DNA of 64,000 nt from Pirellulales bacterium (lineage in GTDB: Bacteria > Planctomycetota > Planctomycetia > Pirellulales > Thermoguttaceae), in NCBI GenBank assembly GCA_016929515.1, contig JAFGIR010000016.1, forward strand, positions 26,390 to 90,389, written 5' to 3'. This document shows, one piece after another, positions 24,925 to 34,870 of this stretch; the stretch's first letter is position 1, and every line of letters begins with the position of its first letter. Made by a program: the position numbers and the translations under genes. A model generated the notes under the pieces. That model ran no database searches. It saw only the letters and a list, made by a program, of their open reading frames with translations, and was not told the origin of the DNA.

Positions 24925-27084
24925 ATGGCTACGGTGAGCAATCCTCGCGCAGATTTCCTTGGCTCGGCACAACGCGCTGCCGAGTTGATTCTGCCGATCG
25001 GCGTGGTTGCCAGCGTGCTGGTCATCATCGTGCCGATGTACGCCGGTTTGATGAGCTTGCTTCTGTCGGCCAATATTACGGTGGCCGTCATCATCCTGCT
25101 AACCACGATCTACGTGAAGACCCCGCTGGAGTTCAGCATTTTTCCGTCGCTGTTGTTGGCCACGACCTTGGCCCGACTCGTGTTGAATGTGGCCACGACG
25201 CGGCTGATTCTCACCGGCGCGGAAACCGAGGGACTGTACGCGGCCGGCGGGGTAGTCCGTGCGTTCGGTGAGTTCGTGGCCGGCGACAAAGTTGTGGTCG
25301 GGCTGATCATCTTTGTCATCATTGTCGTGATACAGTTCGTGGTCATCACCAAAGGGGCCACGCGGATCAGCGAGGTGGCCGCCCGATTTGCTCTCGACGG
25401 AATGCCTGGCCGGCAAATGGCCATCGACGCCGACCTGAACGCGGGTCTGATCGACGAACACGAAGCCCGGAGACGCCGCGAAGAGATCACGGCGCAGGCC
25501 GATTTTTTCGCGGCCATGGATGGGGCAAGCAAGTTTGTGCGGGGCGATGCGATTGCCGGAATTGTCATCACCTTGATCAATATCCTTGGTGGGCTATTCA
25601 TCGGCGTTGTTCAGACCGGCATGTCCGTGGGCGAAGCGGCTGAGTTGTTTACGAAGTTGACCATTGGCGATGGACTGGTCAGCCAAGTGCCCGCGTTATT
25701 GATCTGCCTAGCCGCCGGTCTGCTAGTAACACGAAGCACTACAGCAACGAATCTGCCAGGCGAGTTTGTCCACCAGTTGCTCCGCCATCCACAGACGTTG
25801 GTCACAGCCGGTCTCTTCTTAGGCCTTCTGGCCTTCACCTCGCTGCCGCGATTCCCGTTGTTGCTGCTTGGTTCGATTTGTGTCGCGCTGGCAATAGTCC
25901 TTTCGCGCCGGACCCGACAAACCAGACTGCGGTCCGAGGCCGATCGCGTCGCCCGGGAAGCCGTGTCTACGGACCAACGCGTCGAAGACTGTCTCACCAC
26001 GAGTCCTATCGAGTTCGAACTGGGACTCGGATTGCTTCGGCTGGCCGATCCCCGTCGGGGGGGCGATCTGATGCAGCGGATCCAGAACGTTCGCCGCAGC
26101 ATCGCCACGGACCTCGGTATCATCTTGCCCAAGGTGCGAATGCGCGACAATCTCCAGTTGCCCCACAACGAGTATCGGATCAAGCTCGATGGCATCCCTA
26201 TCGCCGGTGGACAGATTTCCGCCAACCAGCGTCTCGCGATCGATGCCGGAAACACGACCGGTCAGGTGCCCGGCACGTCGACTGTTGATCCGGTATCCGG
26301 GTCGCGTGCACTCTGGATCGATTCCAACCTGGGGGATCAGGCCGAGCGTTGCGGATACACGGTAGTCTTACCCGGCGACGTACTGGCCAACCACTTGACG
26401 GCTTTGGTTCACGAACACGCCGACGAGTTGCTCACCCGGGACGCCACGAAGCACCTGATCGACGAGTTGAAGCAGACTTCGCCGGCCGTGGTCGACGAGT
26501 TGGTGCCAAGCGTGATGAAATTGGCCGAGGTGCAGCAGATTCTCCAGATGCTGCTTCGCGAACAAGTGCCGATTCGGCAGTTGGGTGTCATCCTCGAAGC
26601 ACTCGGCGAGTGCGCATTGCGAACGAAGGACCCGACGCTACGAGCCGAACATGTCCGCAGCCGGTTGGCCCGGACACTTTGCTCAGCCCATCGTGATCCG
26701 GAAAACCGGCTTCATTTGGTCACACTCGATCCGGCCCTGGCAGATCGGATTCACTCAGCCGTGGAACACGACGAGCGAGGTATGTTTATCCGGATGTCAC
26801 CGCAAGTGATCGAGGAAATCGGCCGACTCATCGCCACGAAAATCGAGTTGTTGACCGAGGCCGATTATCCGCCCGTGCTCCTGGTCGACCCGCAAATTCG
26901 GCCCGCCGTTCGTCGCATTACTGAATTGCAGATTCCAAAGTTGACCGTGCTGAGCTACAACGAGATCACGCGGGACACGAAGCTCGAATCGGTAGCAATG
27001 GTTGGGAGTTCAGGGATTGGGGATTTTTGGATTGATGACCGTGGGCAAGAACCCGTGGAACGTCATGGACGATCGAAAAGTTGA
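24925..27084 (+). CDS. flhA: flagellar export apparatus protein FlhA
   Basis: The canonical FlhA block is FVVITKGATRISEVAARFALDGMPGRQMAIDADLNAGLIDEHEARRRREEI. There are 8 TM segments plus the cytoplasmic domain. Confidence 0.95.
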   Translation: MATVSNPRADFLGSAQRAAELILPIGVVASVLVIIVPMYAGLMSLLLSANITVAVIILLTTIYVKTPLEFSIFPSLLLATTLARLVLNVATTRLILTGAETEGLYAAGGVVRAFGEFVAGDKVVVGLIIFVIIVVIQFVVITKGATRISEVAARFALDGMPGRQMAIDADLNAGLIDEHEARRRREEITAQADFFAAMDGASKFVRGDAIAGIVITLINILGGLFIGVVQTGMSVGEAAELFTKLTIGDGLVSQVPALLICLAAGLLVTRSTTATNLPGEFVHQLLRHPQTLVTAGLFLGLLAFTSLPRFPLLLLGSICVALAIVLSRRTRQTRLRSEADRVAREAVSTDQRVEDCLTTSPIEFELGLGLLRLADPRRGGDLMQRIQNVRRSIATDLGIILPKVRMRDNLQLPHNEYRIKLDGIPIAGGQISANQRLAIDAGNTTGQVPGTSTVDPVSGSRALWIDSNLGDQAERCGYTVVLPGDVLANHLTALVHEHADELLTRDATKHLIDELKQTSPAVVDELVPSVMKLAEVQQILQMLLREQVPIRQLGVILEALGECALRTKDPTLRAEHVRSRLARTLCSAHRDPENRLHLVTLDPALADRIHSAVEHDERGMFIRMSPQVIEEIGRLIATKIELLTEADYPPVLLVDPQIRPAVRRITELQIPKLTVLSYNEITRDTKLESVAMVGSSGIGDFWIDDRGQEPVERHGRSKS

Positions 27085-27134
27085 TTTTTATGACGAGCAG
27101 ATACAAGACTGCTTTTCCGCAGGATGAAATAGCC

Positions 27135-28370
27135 ATGGAAGTAAAAACCTATCGCGCGGCAAGTATGTACGAAGCGTTGCAGATGGTGCGTTGCGACTTG
27201 GGACCAGAGGCCGTCGTGATGCAGACACGGAACGTACGGTCACGCCGGCTGCTTGGTTTATTTGCCAGGCCGCATCAGGTCGAGGTCACCGCTTCGGCCG
27301 GAGTCAACGTGCCTAGCCGTCTACCCTCGCTGCGACCGACAGTTGCGGCCGCGGCATCGGCCGGCCCCCAGGGTCTCGCAACGTCCGAGGGGCTGTCGGT
27401 GCTCGACGCCCATGCTCCCGCCCAGCCTATTGATCGCCCTGCTGCGGGCGCCACGGCCGGATCTCGACCAGCGTTGGAGGGACAACTGAGAGGACAGGCG
27501 ACGCGTTTGCAGGGCATGGTGCAGGATCTCTGCCGCCGGCCGGACGTCCGCTTGCGGCACGACTTGCCAGACTCACTCTTCCGGCTGTTTACCGATTTGA
27601 TCGACGTGGACATTGACGAGACAACGGCCGGCGCGCTAATCGAGCGGGTCCGTGCGGAGGCACCCAATGTCGAACTGACCGACCCGGTCTTGGTCAAATC
27701 GCGGATCGCGAGAATTATCGAGTCGGAAATCTCGGTCGCCGGACCGATCCACGTGATGCCCGGACAACACAGGCTTGTGGCTTTGGTGGGACCGACGGGC
27801 GTGGGCAAGACGACGACGATCGCCAAGTTGGCGGCCAACTATCGTCTCAAACGTCGCCTAAACGTGGGCCTGATCACGGTCGACACGTATCGCATTGCCG
27901 CTGTTGAGCAATTGCGAACGTATGCCGACATCATCGACTTGCCGATGCAAGTGGTTTCAACACCGCGCGAGATGCGTCAGGCCGTGCGACGATTGTCTGG
28001 ACTCGATCTGATTCTGATGGATACGGCCGGCCGCAGCCCACGCGATGAAATCAAGATTCAGGAACTCAAGGCATTTCTTACCGAAGCCGGGGCCGACGAA
28101 GTCCATCTCGTGCTCAGTAGCATGGCCGGGGCTCGAAGTCTGGAGCAAACGGTCGATCGATTCGCCGCAGTGGGAACCACGTCCCTGATCCTCACCAAGC
28201 TCGACGAAGCTGCGGGCTTGGGCAACCTCCTCCCCCTACTTCAATCAGACGCATTGCCTTTGAGCTACTTGACCAACGGCCAAAACGTGCCCGACGACAT
28301 CGAAACCGCAGAGCCAACGCGACTGGCTAATCTGATCCTGTCTGGAGAATCCTCTGGAAACGACTGGTAA
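27135..28370 (+). CDS. flhF: flagellar biosynthesis SRP-type GTPase FlhF
   Basis: The N-terminus is MEVKTYRAASMYEALQMVRCDLGPEAVVM. G1 is LVGPTGVGKTTTIAKLA, with DTAGRS and TKLDE also present. The start is taken at ATG 27135 rather than 27081. Confidence 0.9.
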   Translation: MEVKTYRAASMYEALQMVRCDLGPEAVVMQTRNVRSRRLLGLFARPHQVEVTASAGVNVPSRLPSLRPTVAAAASAGPQGLATSEGLSVLDAHAPAQPIDRPAAGATAGSRPALEGQLRGQATRLQGMVQDLCRRPDVRLRHDLPDSLFRLFTDLIDVDIDETTAGALIERVRAEAPNVELTDPVLVKSRIARIIESEISVAGPIHVMPGQHRLVALVGPTGVGKTTTIAKLAANYRLKRRLNVGLITVDTYRIAAVEQLRTYADIIDLPMQVVSTPREMRQAVRRLSGLDLILMDTAGRSPRDEIKIQELKAFLTEAGADEVHLVLSSMAGARSLEQTVDRFAAVGTTSLILTKLDEAAGLGNLLPLLQSDALPLSYLTNGQNVPDDIETAEPTRLANLILSGESSGNDW

Positions 28371-28385
28371 GCCAATCTTGTCCCA

Positions 28386-29336
28386 ATGATGGTCATATCT
28401 CCCGAGCAAGAAATCATGATCGATCAGGCGAATGAACTTCGGCAACTCATTCGGCAACAGACCGAGCAGTTGACCAGAGCGGCGAGCACCCGACCGAGAA
28501 TCATCGCCGTTACCGGCGGCAAAGGCGGCGTCGGCACCACCACGGTCGCGACCCATCTGGCCATCGCAATGTCGCGTCAATCCGATCGCGTGCTACTGGT
28601 CGATGCCGATCCCGATCGGGCTGACGTGGCCACGCTGTGCGGGCTCGCGACGGACTACGATTTGGCTGATCTGGTCGAAGCGCGCCGAACGCTCGATGAA
28701 GTGATTGCGCCGGGACCCAACGGAATCTTGGTGCTCACCGGCGCGGGACGTGCTGCAGCCACCGAGCCGTCAACCGATCGTTTCCATCAGCGGTGGATTC
28801 GAGCCGCACGCGAGGCGGAAGAGCCTTTTGACTGTGTGGTCGTCGACACGGGTAACCGCTCGGCGCGCTCGGTCAAGATGCTTTGGGAAGCGTCTGATCT
28901 GGTGCTCTTGGTGACTACAATCGAACTGCCCTCGATCATCGACACCTACGCTTCGATCAAGACATTGGCCAAGCGAACCTCTCCGCCGGCGATCCACACC
29001 CTGATTAATCGAGTTACCGAGACGGCGGTCGCCTACGACGCGCACGGGCGGCTTGCGCGAGCGGTTTGGCGATTCCTGGGCTTTCATTTAGATAGCGCCG
29101 GACACGTGATGGTCGGACAAGACCTATCGGCAAACTTGGCCGATCAGGATCTTGCGTCATCGGAATCGCTGTGGGCACGAGAATTCAACCAACTGGCACG
29201 GACCATGCGGATCGCCTTGCGCGGGGCGGAAGGGAGAGATAGGTGTATCTTCGCCGAAAGGTCTACGGCATGCTTCGCTCAGAATTTGCCGGTCCCCTTG
29301 TTGCCACCGGAAGCCAATCCGGGAACAGCCGTCTGA
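28386..29336 (+). CDS. flhG: MinD/ParA-type ATPase FlhG (FleN/YlxH-like) with non-canonical P-loop
   Basis: It has IAVTGGKGGVGTTTVATHLA plus VLLVDAD. It sits between flhF and fliA, the conserved flhG slot. Confidence 0.8.
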   Translation: MMVISPEQEIMIDQANELRQLIRQQTEQLTRAASTRPRIIAVTGGKGGVGTTTVATHLAIAMSRQSDRVLLVDADPDRADVATLCGLATDYDLADLVEARRTLDEVIAPGPNGILVLTGAGRAAATEPSTDRFHQRWIRAAREAEEPFDCVVVDTGNRSARSVKMLWEASDLVLLVTTIELPSIIDTYASIKTLAKRTSPPAIHTLINRVTETAVAYDAHGRLARAVWRFLGFHLDSAGHVMVGQDLSANLADQDLASSESLWAREFNQLARTMRIALRGAEGRDRCIFAERSTACFAQNLPVPLLPPEANPGTAV

Positions 29337-29770
29337 TCGGCCACCTGACGAGAAACCAAGAAAACCCGGAGCTATGACGGAAGAATGACTCAACCCGGGA
29401 CAATCGGCGTCCGATAGAGTGACCACCACCAATAGGCACTTTGCCGCTAAACTACATAAATCACGTCAGCTTTGAGCTATCGAGACCCTCAACGCCGTGT
29501 ATCAGATGCAAAGATTCGAGCGGGGACAGTGACGTTGGAACAACGTGGCGAGATGAGCCACGGGGCACCGTCTCGTGGTTCACCAAGCCCCTTTTGCTGC
29601 AAAGACACGATAGAAGCGATGCAGCCCGAGCGCCACGCGTCGCGTATCAAGGATTATCGGATCGGGAGGGTGCCGCCCGCCAAGGCCTTGTTCGCCGCGC
29701 GAGGTGAGCCAAAGCGGACCGCACGCTCTTGATCCCCTGGCTGCCGAAGAGCATGATCACGGAGGATTGC

Positions 29771-30553
29771 ATGGCAACCACTTTTGTATCCGAGGACGTC
29801 GAACAGCTTTGGGTCGAGTTCAAGAAGGATACGACGAATCAGGAACTGCGCAATCGGCTCATCGAAATCTACTTGCCCTTGGTCAAGTATAACGGTGAAC
29901 GGATTTGGGCTCGGCTGCCGGACGGCGTCGAGTTGGACGATCTGATTTCGGCCGGCGTCTTTGGGCTGATGGACGCGATCGACGCTTTTGATCTGTTGCG
30001 CGGGGTGAAATTTGAGACTTATTGCGTTCCTCGAATCCGTGGCGCAATGCTCGACGAACTCCGCACGATGGATTGGGTGCCCCGATTGGTCCGTTCGAAG
30101 GCCAGCAAACTCAACGAAGCCATGAAAACGCTTCAGGCCCAGTTGGGTCGCATGCCGAACGAAAATGAGTTGGCTCAGCACATGAACGTTACCTTACCCG
30201 AAATCGAAAAAATGCTGCTCGATGCCAACGCGGTCAGCCTGATCAGCTTGAACAAAAAATGGTATGAGACAGATAGCTACAAGGACGTCCGCGAAATTGA
30301 TATTCTCGAGGACAAGAAGGGCGAGGATCCCACGCGACGCGTCCAGAAGGCCGATCTCATGCGACTCGTGACCAAAGGCCTCAACCGCAACGAACGGCTT
30401 ATCATCATCCTCTATTACTATGAAGAGCTAACGATGAAGGAAATCGGTGCCACGCTGCGCTTGAGCGAAAGCCGCGTCAGCCAGATGCATAGCTCGATTG
30501 TCCAGCGACTTCAGGAACAACTCGGCCGACGGCGCCCCGAGTTCGGCGGGTAG
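29771..30553 (+). CDS. fliA: flagellar sigma factor FliA (sigma-28 family)
   Basis: Region 2 is LRNRLIEIYLPLVKYNGERI...GVFGLMDAIDAFD. Region 3 is present. Region 4 is ERLIIILYYYEELTMKEIGATLRLSESRVSQMHS. The ATG at 29771 is preceded by GGAGGA (29761-29766). Confidence 0.9.
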   Translation: MATTFVSEDVEQLWVEFKKDTTNQELRNRLIEIYLPLVKYNGERIWARLPDGVELDDLISAGVFGLMDAIDAFDLLRGVKFETYCVPRIRGAMLDELRTMDWVPRLVRSKASKLNEAMKTLQAQLGRMPNENELAQHMNVTLPEIEKMLLDANAVSLISLNKKWYETDSYKDVREIDILEDKKGEDPTRRVQKADLMRLVTKGLNRNERLIIILYYYEELTMKEIGATLRLSESRVSQMHSSIVQRLQEQLGRRRPEFGG

Positions 30554-30603
30554 TGTTCGGTCATGACAGACCACCAGATTCCCGGAAGCCAACTGGAAGC
30601 CTG

Positions 30604-30972
30604 TCATCCCTCGAAACAACGTCTCAAGAGAGATATCACCGTAGGTGATCTGGGTTGAATCCACTCCATCCCCACGCGATAATTCGTCTCGCCGTCGGCA
30701 AGAACGTACTTGATGATCGCTCGAATCACTCCCTCTTCAAAGTAGACCGTCACCTCCTGGCCGGGTAGAAGTCCCGAGGCGTCGGTTACCCTAAGGGCAA
30801 ATCCTCCTAACGCAACTTCTGTCAATTGTCCCCGCTGCTCGCCTAGCGTCGAGGTGGAGAATCGGACCGCCGAATTCTCTGCATCAGGAATCCGGCTCCA
30901 TTTCCGGCGGTCTTCAAGCTCAGCAGTCTGTGCCCGAGCGGTGTCTGCCACTTGGTTTTTTGGCGCGTTCAT
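30604..30972 (-). CDS. PilZ-domain protein (degenerate second motif)
   Basis: 122 aa. RRKWSR fits RxxxR. LTEVALGGFALRV aligns with the D/NxSxxG block but reads ExAxxG. Confidence 0.65.
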   Translation of the reverse strand: MNAPKNQVADTARAQTAELEDRRKWSRIPDAENSAVRFSTSTLGEQRGQLTEVALGGFALRVTDASGLLPGQEVTVYFEEGVIRAIIKYVLADGETNYRVGMEWIQPRSPTVISLLRRCFEG

Positions 30973-31359
30973 TGTTCCTCCCCTTGAACCGAAAAGAATG
31001 TGGACTCAGTCCACCGCCCTTTCAAATCTAGCTTACCTTTTCTGGAGGGGAGCTTTTCCTCGTTATGGGTACGGCCATCGCCAAAAACACCCCCTCCCGA
31101 GAGCTAGGTTGATTCTCAACACCCGTACGACAACCAAGCCTCGACCGAACGATCGCCGTCCAGCCCAGCGTAACGGTAAGGAAAGTCGATCAATCCGGCG
31201 TTCGGTCAACGCAGATACCTCGGCCATGTCCGCCGCCAAGATATCGAGCCGGCAGGACACACGATCCAAGGCCATCCCGCGAGGCACTTGGCGTGGGCGT
31301 GACAACCAGGACTTTCGTGCGCGTAGACCACACGCGTTACAGCACAGAATAGCACCCGA

Positions 31360-32121
31360 TTACACGACAAACCAGAAATAGCCTAAGACGATGGCTCCCA
31401 GGATCAGCAGCCCGACGCCAATCGCTACAACCCGGTTGTTGGATTCGACCAGAGGCTGGACAATCTGGTCCGATTCGAAACCCTCGTCGAACTCGTGATC
31501 GCACCAGGCACAGCGGCGTGGAAACTCTGGAAGAAACGGCTCGCTACACGTGGGGCACATCAACACGAGCCGCTCGGGCGTCGGGTCGTCGGGTTCGTCG
31601 GCTGAGTCGCCCGATTCGTGGTCTTCAACGGCCCGCGTGGAACCATGCCCGCCACAGGTGGCACAACTGGCGCAAGACCGTTTTTCGTCGGACACTTCGT
31701 CGAGGCCCATGCCCCAGACAAATTCGTCGTCGGCCTCGGGAAAGTCGATGCCCGTCGTCTTGCAGATTGGGCACTGCGTAATTCGCGGCGAGTTGCACTC
31801 GGGGCATCGGGGCCAGGCGTCGGGCAGTGACTTGGATCCGACGTCCGTGTCCTCGTCATCTTCAAGAGGTTGACCTTGGAGCGCCATCTGGGTCCCCTGG
31901 CAATCGTGAGACAATGCAATTCGCCGGGCCAGCGTGGCGTCTTTCTCGTCGACAACAACGCGAGGCAGGGTTGCCCAGCCCACGTAGTCCACGCCCGAGC
32001 CTTTCTCCAACGCCGCATTCGTAACGACCGCCTGGATCCCTTGCTCAGCCAGCCGGTTCTTGAGCATATGGGCCTGCTGCGTCGAGCCGGCCACATAAAC
32101 CACAACCTGACGGTCTTCCAT
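31360..32121 (-). CDS. DUF2007-like N-terminal domain + multiple zinc-ribbon CxxC pairs + C-terminal TM protein
   Basis: The N-terminus is VVVYVAGSTQQAHMLKNRLAEQGIQAVV. The CxxC pairs are CPECNS..CPICK, CASCATC and CPTCSE..CAWCD. The TM is VVAIGVGLLILGAIVLGYFWFV. The ATG at 32121 is preceded by GGGAGG. Confidence 0.65.
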   Translation of the reverse strand: MEDRQVVVYVAGSTQQAHMLKNRLAEQGIQAVVTNAALEKGSGVDYVGWATLPRVVVDEKDATLARRIALSHDCQGTQMALQGQPLEDDEDTDVGSKSLPDAWPRCPECNSPRITQCPICKTTGIDFPEADDEFVWGMGLDEVSDEKRSCASCATCGGHGSTRAVEDHESGDSADEPDDPTPERLVLMCPTCSEPFLPEFPRRCAWCDHEFDEGFESDQIVQPLVESNNRVVAIGVGLLILGAIVLGYFWFVV

Positions 32122-32407
32122 CGGAAACCTCCCGGCGAAAGTTTGAAAACGGTGAACTCGCACCCAGGCAAATCATACCAATTCGCCGGCCCGAGGAAAA
32201 CCGCATGTACGAACAGCGTCCGACGGACACCGGGGTGAGAAGGTCTGAACCGCACCAGAATTGGAAATCGGGTTCGACAGCCAGAATACGCCGACAGCAA
32301 GAAATCAGCACCTACTCACCTTCGAACCAGCGGGCAATCGTCGCTTGGCACTTGGGCGCGGCGCGGTTATTGTCTCGGTTCGTTACGGCCCTCCGCCAGG
32401 CAAACTC

Positions 32408-32611
32408 TTAGCGTGGTTGGGACGGATGGAAAGGGCGATCCCGATCGGACGGTTTCACGGCGAGGTGCAACCAACGACGCTCCAACTTGGCCAGTTCTCC
32501 GTCAAGCCATCGACTGAACTGGGCGAACGAGCGGATCTTGCATTGAACCGCCGAAGTACAATGATCCAAGTCGCCCCAGTCATCCTGTCGGCCGAATCTG
32601 TCAGTACTCAT
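32408..32611 (-). CDS. hypothetical small protein (67 aa)
   Basis: The ATG at 32611 lies 5 nt after a strong GAGGAGG. No recognisable domain. Confidence 0.4.
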   Translation of the reverse strand: MSTDRFGRQDDWGDLDHCTSAVQCKIRSFAQFSRWLDGELAKLERRWLHLAVKPSDRDRPFHPSQPR

Positions 32612-32933
32612 GACGACCTCCTCTCGCACGCGGCTTCCATCTGGTTTGCCCATCGCGAATCGTTGTCGTGGACCCGATAGGGTCGTTCACACTGGCCCGT
32701 CGTCCCCATGCCCTCCTTTACGCAAGACGCCGATATCCGGTTCAGGTTCACTTGGACAGTACTCAGCCCAGAAAGGGTCATCCAAGGGACCCTCCGCGAA
32801 TCGCACTGTTCCGAAATGATGAGAGTGCGACCGGCCCATGAGATTCCTCTTGGCGTGGCCGCACCGATTTCATTATACGGAGCGGTTGTTTGTGCAAGAT
32901 GACAAACCGGTTATCGTCAAGTGCCGCGCAACA

Positions 32934-32965
32934 GAAACCCGCCGTAATCTTGGGATTACGGCGGG
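32934..32965 (-). terminator. intrinsic-terminator-like hairpin
   Basis: CCCGCCGTAATC-ttgg-GATTACGGCGGG is a perfect 12-bp stem, followed on the minus strand by TTTCTGTT. Confidence 0.4.
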
Positions 32966-33029
32966 TACTGATGTGGCAGATTTTTTCATGCCGCCTAAAG
33001 AGACAGTTTTTTGTCGACAAAAACCGTTC

Positions 33030-33059
33030 CGAAAACGAGCCGGCCAAGGACGGCTCGTT
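33030..33059 (-). terminator. intrinsic-terminator-like hairpin downstream of the EF-hand gene
   Basis: AACGAGCCG-(8 nt)-CGGCTCGTT is a 9-bp stem that runs into TTTTCGG on the minus strand. It lies ~125 nt after the stop at 33185. Confidence 0.4.
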
Positions 33060-33184
33060 CTCTTCGTCTCGGTGGCAAACGTGTTATGATCGTGTTATGA
33101 CACGTTGACAACCAAATCACTACTCCCTTAAATCGTCCCGAGCGGCTCGCTTTAGTCGACGGACCGCTTCCGACCCCCAGGCTT

Positions 33185-34870
33185 TTAATCCTTCTTCTTT
33201 GCCTTGGGGCAACCTTTCTTTGCCGCATCCTTGTGATGAGCCGCGAAGGCTGCCTTCAGTTCTTTCTCGGTCAGTTGGCCGTCGGCGTCCGTGTCGATTT
33301 TGCTAAAACGCTCCTTCATGCTTTCGGGCACTTCATCACGACCGAGCGTACCATTTCCGTCCTTGTCGACTTTCTTGAATCGAGCGGCCATGACAGCCTT
33401 GATCTTCTCGCGGTCGATCTTGCCGGGTTTCTTGCCGGCCTTCTTGCCCTTCATGCCGTGGTGCATGCCAGGACCTTTCATGCCACCCGCTCGGGCAGCG
33501 TGAAATCGCTTGACCATCGAGACCAAGGCCACCTTGGCTTCCTGCTTGCTGATCGCCTTGTCGTCGTCCTTGTCAACCTTTTTGAGGATGCGGACAAAGC
33601 ACTCCTTGTGCGCAACGGCAGCTTCCTTGGCATCAACCTTGCCGTCCTTGTTGGCGTCGATCTTGTCGAAGACCTTGTTGGCGCCCATCATGATCCGCCC
33701 AACAATGGCGACATTCGGACGTTGCGGACTACCCTTGCCGGGACCCTTCATGCCAGATCCGCCCATGCCGGGCCGCTTGGCGGGCTTCATCCACGGGTGT
33801 CCGCCGGGGCTCTTCATGCCGGGACCACGCGTGCCCGGGCCGCCACGCATCGCAAGCGCCTTGGGATAACCCTTGCCGGGACCCATGGCCGGACGACCGG
33901 GACCACGCGTGCCCGGGCCGTGTTTGCCGTGCACGCCGAGACCGCGCATCCCAGGTTGTAGTTTGCCGCCCTCGAGTTGATACATGGCCAAATGATACTG
34001 GGCCAGATGGTACAACGCCTCGCGATTCGGACCACGCATGCCTGGGCCCTTCTTGCCATGGCCACGCTGACCAGGACCACGCATCGCCAACGCCTTGGGG
34101 TGACCCTTGCCAGGCCCCTTCATACCGAAGCCCTCCTTGCCATGGCCACGCTGACCAGGACCACGCATCGCCAACGCCTTGGGGTGACCTTTGCCAGGCC
34201 CCTTCATACCGGGGCCCTTCTTGCCATGGCCACCTTTGCCAGGGCCGAGCATGGCATGATCGGGACCGCCGCAGTGCTTTTTCATTTGAGCGTGCAGTTT
34301 TTGCATGCCCTGCTTGAATTCGTCCAAACTCAGTTGGTTGTTGCCATCCTTGTCGAGCCGCTTGAAAATTTGCTCGGGATTGGGCTTCTTGCCCTTGCCT
34401 TTCATGCCGGGCGCCTCGGAGCCGCGCCGGGCCAATTTCGCCATGCCAGGCTTGCCCTTGTTGGCAGACCACCAGACGTGCGCCGGCGCGGCTTTCGCGT
34501 CGCGGTCACGTCCCGGGTGTCCTTCATGATGCTCACGGTTGCCCACCTTCGGACCGTCGGGTCGGTGCCGACCCGGTGCTCCGAGGCTCTTCCGCGACGC
34601 CTTCAGTTGCGACAGCTTCAGTTCGTCGAGCGAGATTTTCTTGTCGCCGTTCTTGTCGACGCGCTCGAGCAGTCTTCCGAAATGCTCCTTCATCGGGCCG
34701 GGCATTTCGTCGAGAGTGATTTGGCCGTCGTTGTTGGCGTCCAGACGCTTGAAGAAGCCTTCGGGACCAGGCCGCGCCATCGGTGGACGTTTGGCTTCCT
34801 CGGCCATCAAGAGCGACGGCAGCAGCACGATCGCCAGGGCAATCGTCAGAATGGGGAGTGGTCGATACAT
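33185..34870 (-). CDS. secreted multi-EF-hand calcium-binding protein with Gly/Pro/Lys-rich repeat core
   Basis: The signal peptide is MYRPLPILTIALAIVLLPSLLMA. There are seven DxDxDG-type loops: DANNDGQITLDE, DKNGDKKISLDE, DKDGNNQLSLDE, DANKDGKVDAKE, DKDDDKAISKQE, DKDGNGTLGRDE and DTDADGQLTEKE. Confidence 0.85.
   Translation of the reverse strand: MYRPLPILTIALAIVLLPSLLMAEEAKRPPMARPGPEGFFKRLDANNDGQITLDEMPGPMKEHFGRLLERVDKNGDKKISLDELKLSQLKASRKSLGAPGRHRPDGPKVGNREHHEGHPGRDRDAKAAPAHVWWSANKGKPGMAKLARRGSEAPGMKGKGKKPNPEQIFKRLDKDGNNQLSLDEFKQGMQKLHAQMKKHCGGPDHAMLGPGKGGHGKKGPGMKGPGKGHPKALAMRGPGQRGHGKEGFGMKGPGKGHPKALAMRGPGQRGHGKKGPGMRGPNREALYHLAQYHLAMYQLEGGKLQPGMRGLGVHGKHGPGTRGPGRPAMGPGKGYPKALAMRGGPGTRGPGMKSPGGHPWMKPAKRPGMGGSGMKGPGKGSPQRPNVAIVGRIMMGANKVFDKIDANKDGKVDAKEAAVAHKECFVRILKKVDKDDDKAISKQEAKVALVSMVKRFHAARAGGMKGPGMHHGMKGKKAGKKPGKIDREKIKAVMAARFKKVDKDGNGTLGRDEVPESMKERFSKIDTDADGQLTEKELKAAFAAHHKDAAKKGCPKAKKKD
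34052..34245. repeat. 84-bp tandem repeat (2.3 copies) inside the EF-hand gene
   Basis: Units 34052-34135 and 34136-34219 differ at 4 of 84 positions, and a third partial unit follows. Each encodes the 28-aa unit GPGKGHPKALAMRGPGQRGHGK(E/K)G(F/P)GMK. Confidence 0.85.

Noticed and set aside
34052-34245. Regularly spaced direct repeats that could be mistaken for a CRISPR array.
   Set aside because: The units are contiguous 84-bp tandem copies with no spacers, lie in frame inside a long ORF and encode a repeated peptide. This is a coding tandem repeat.
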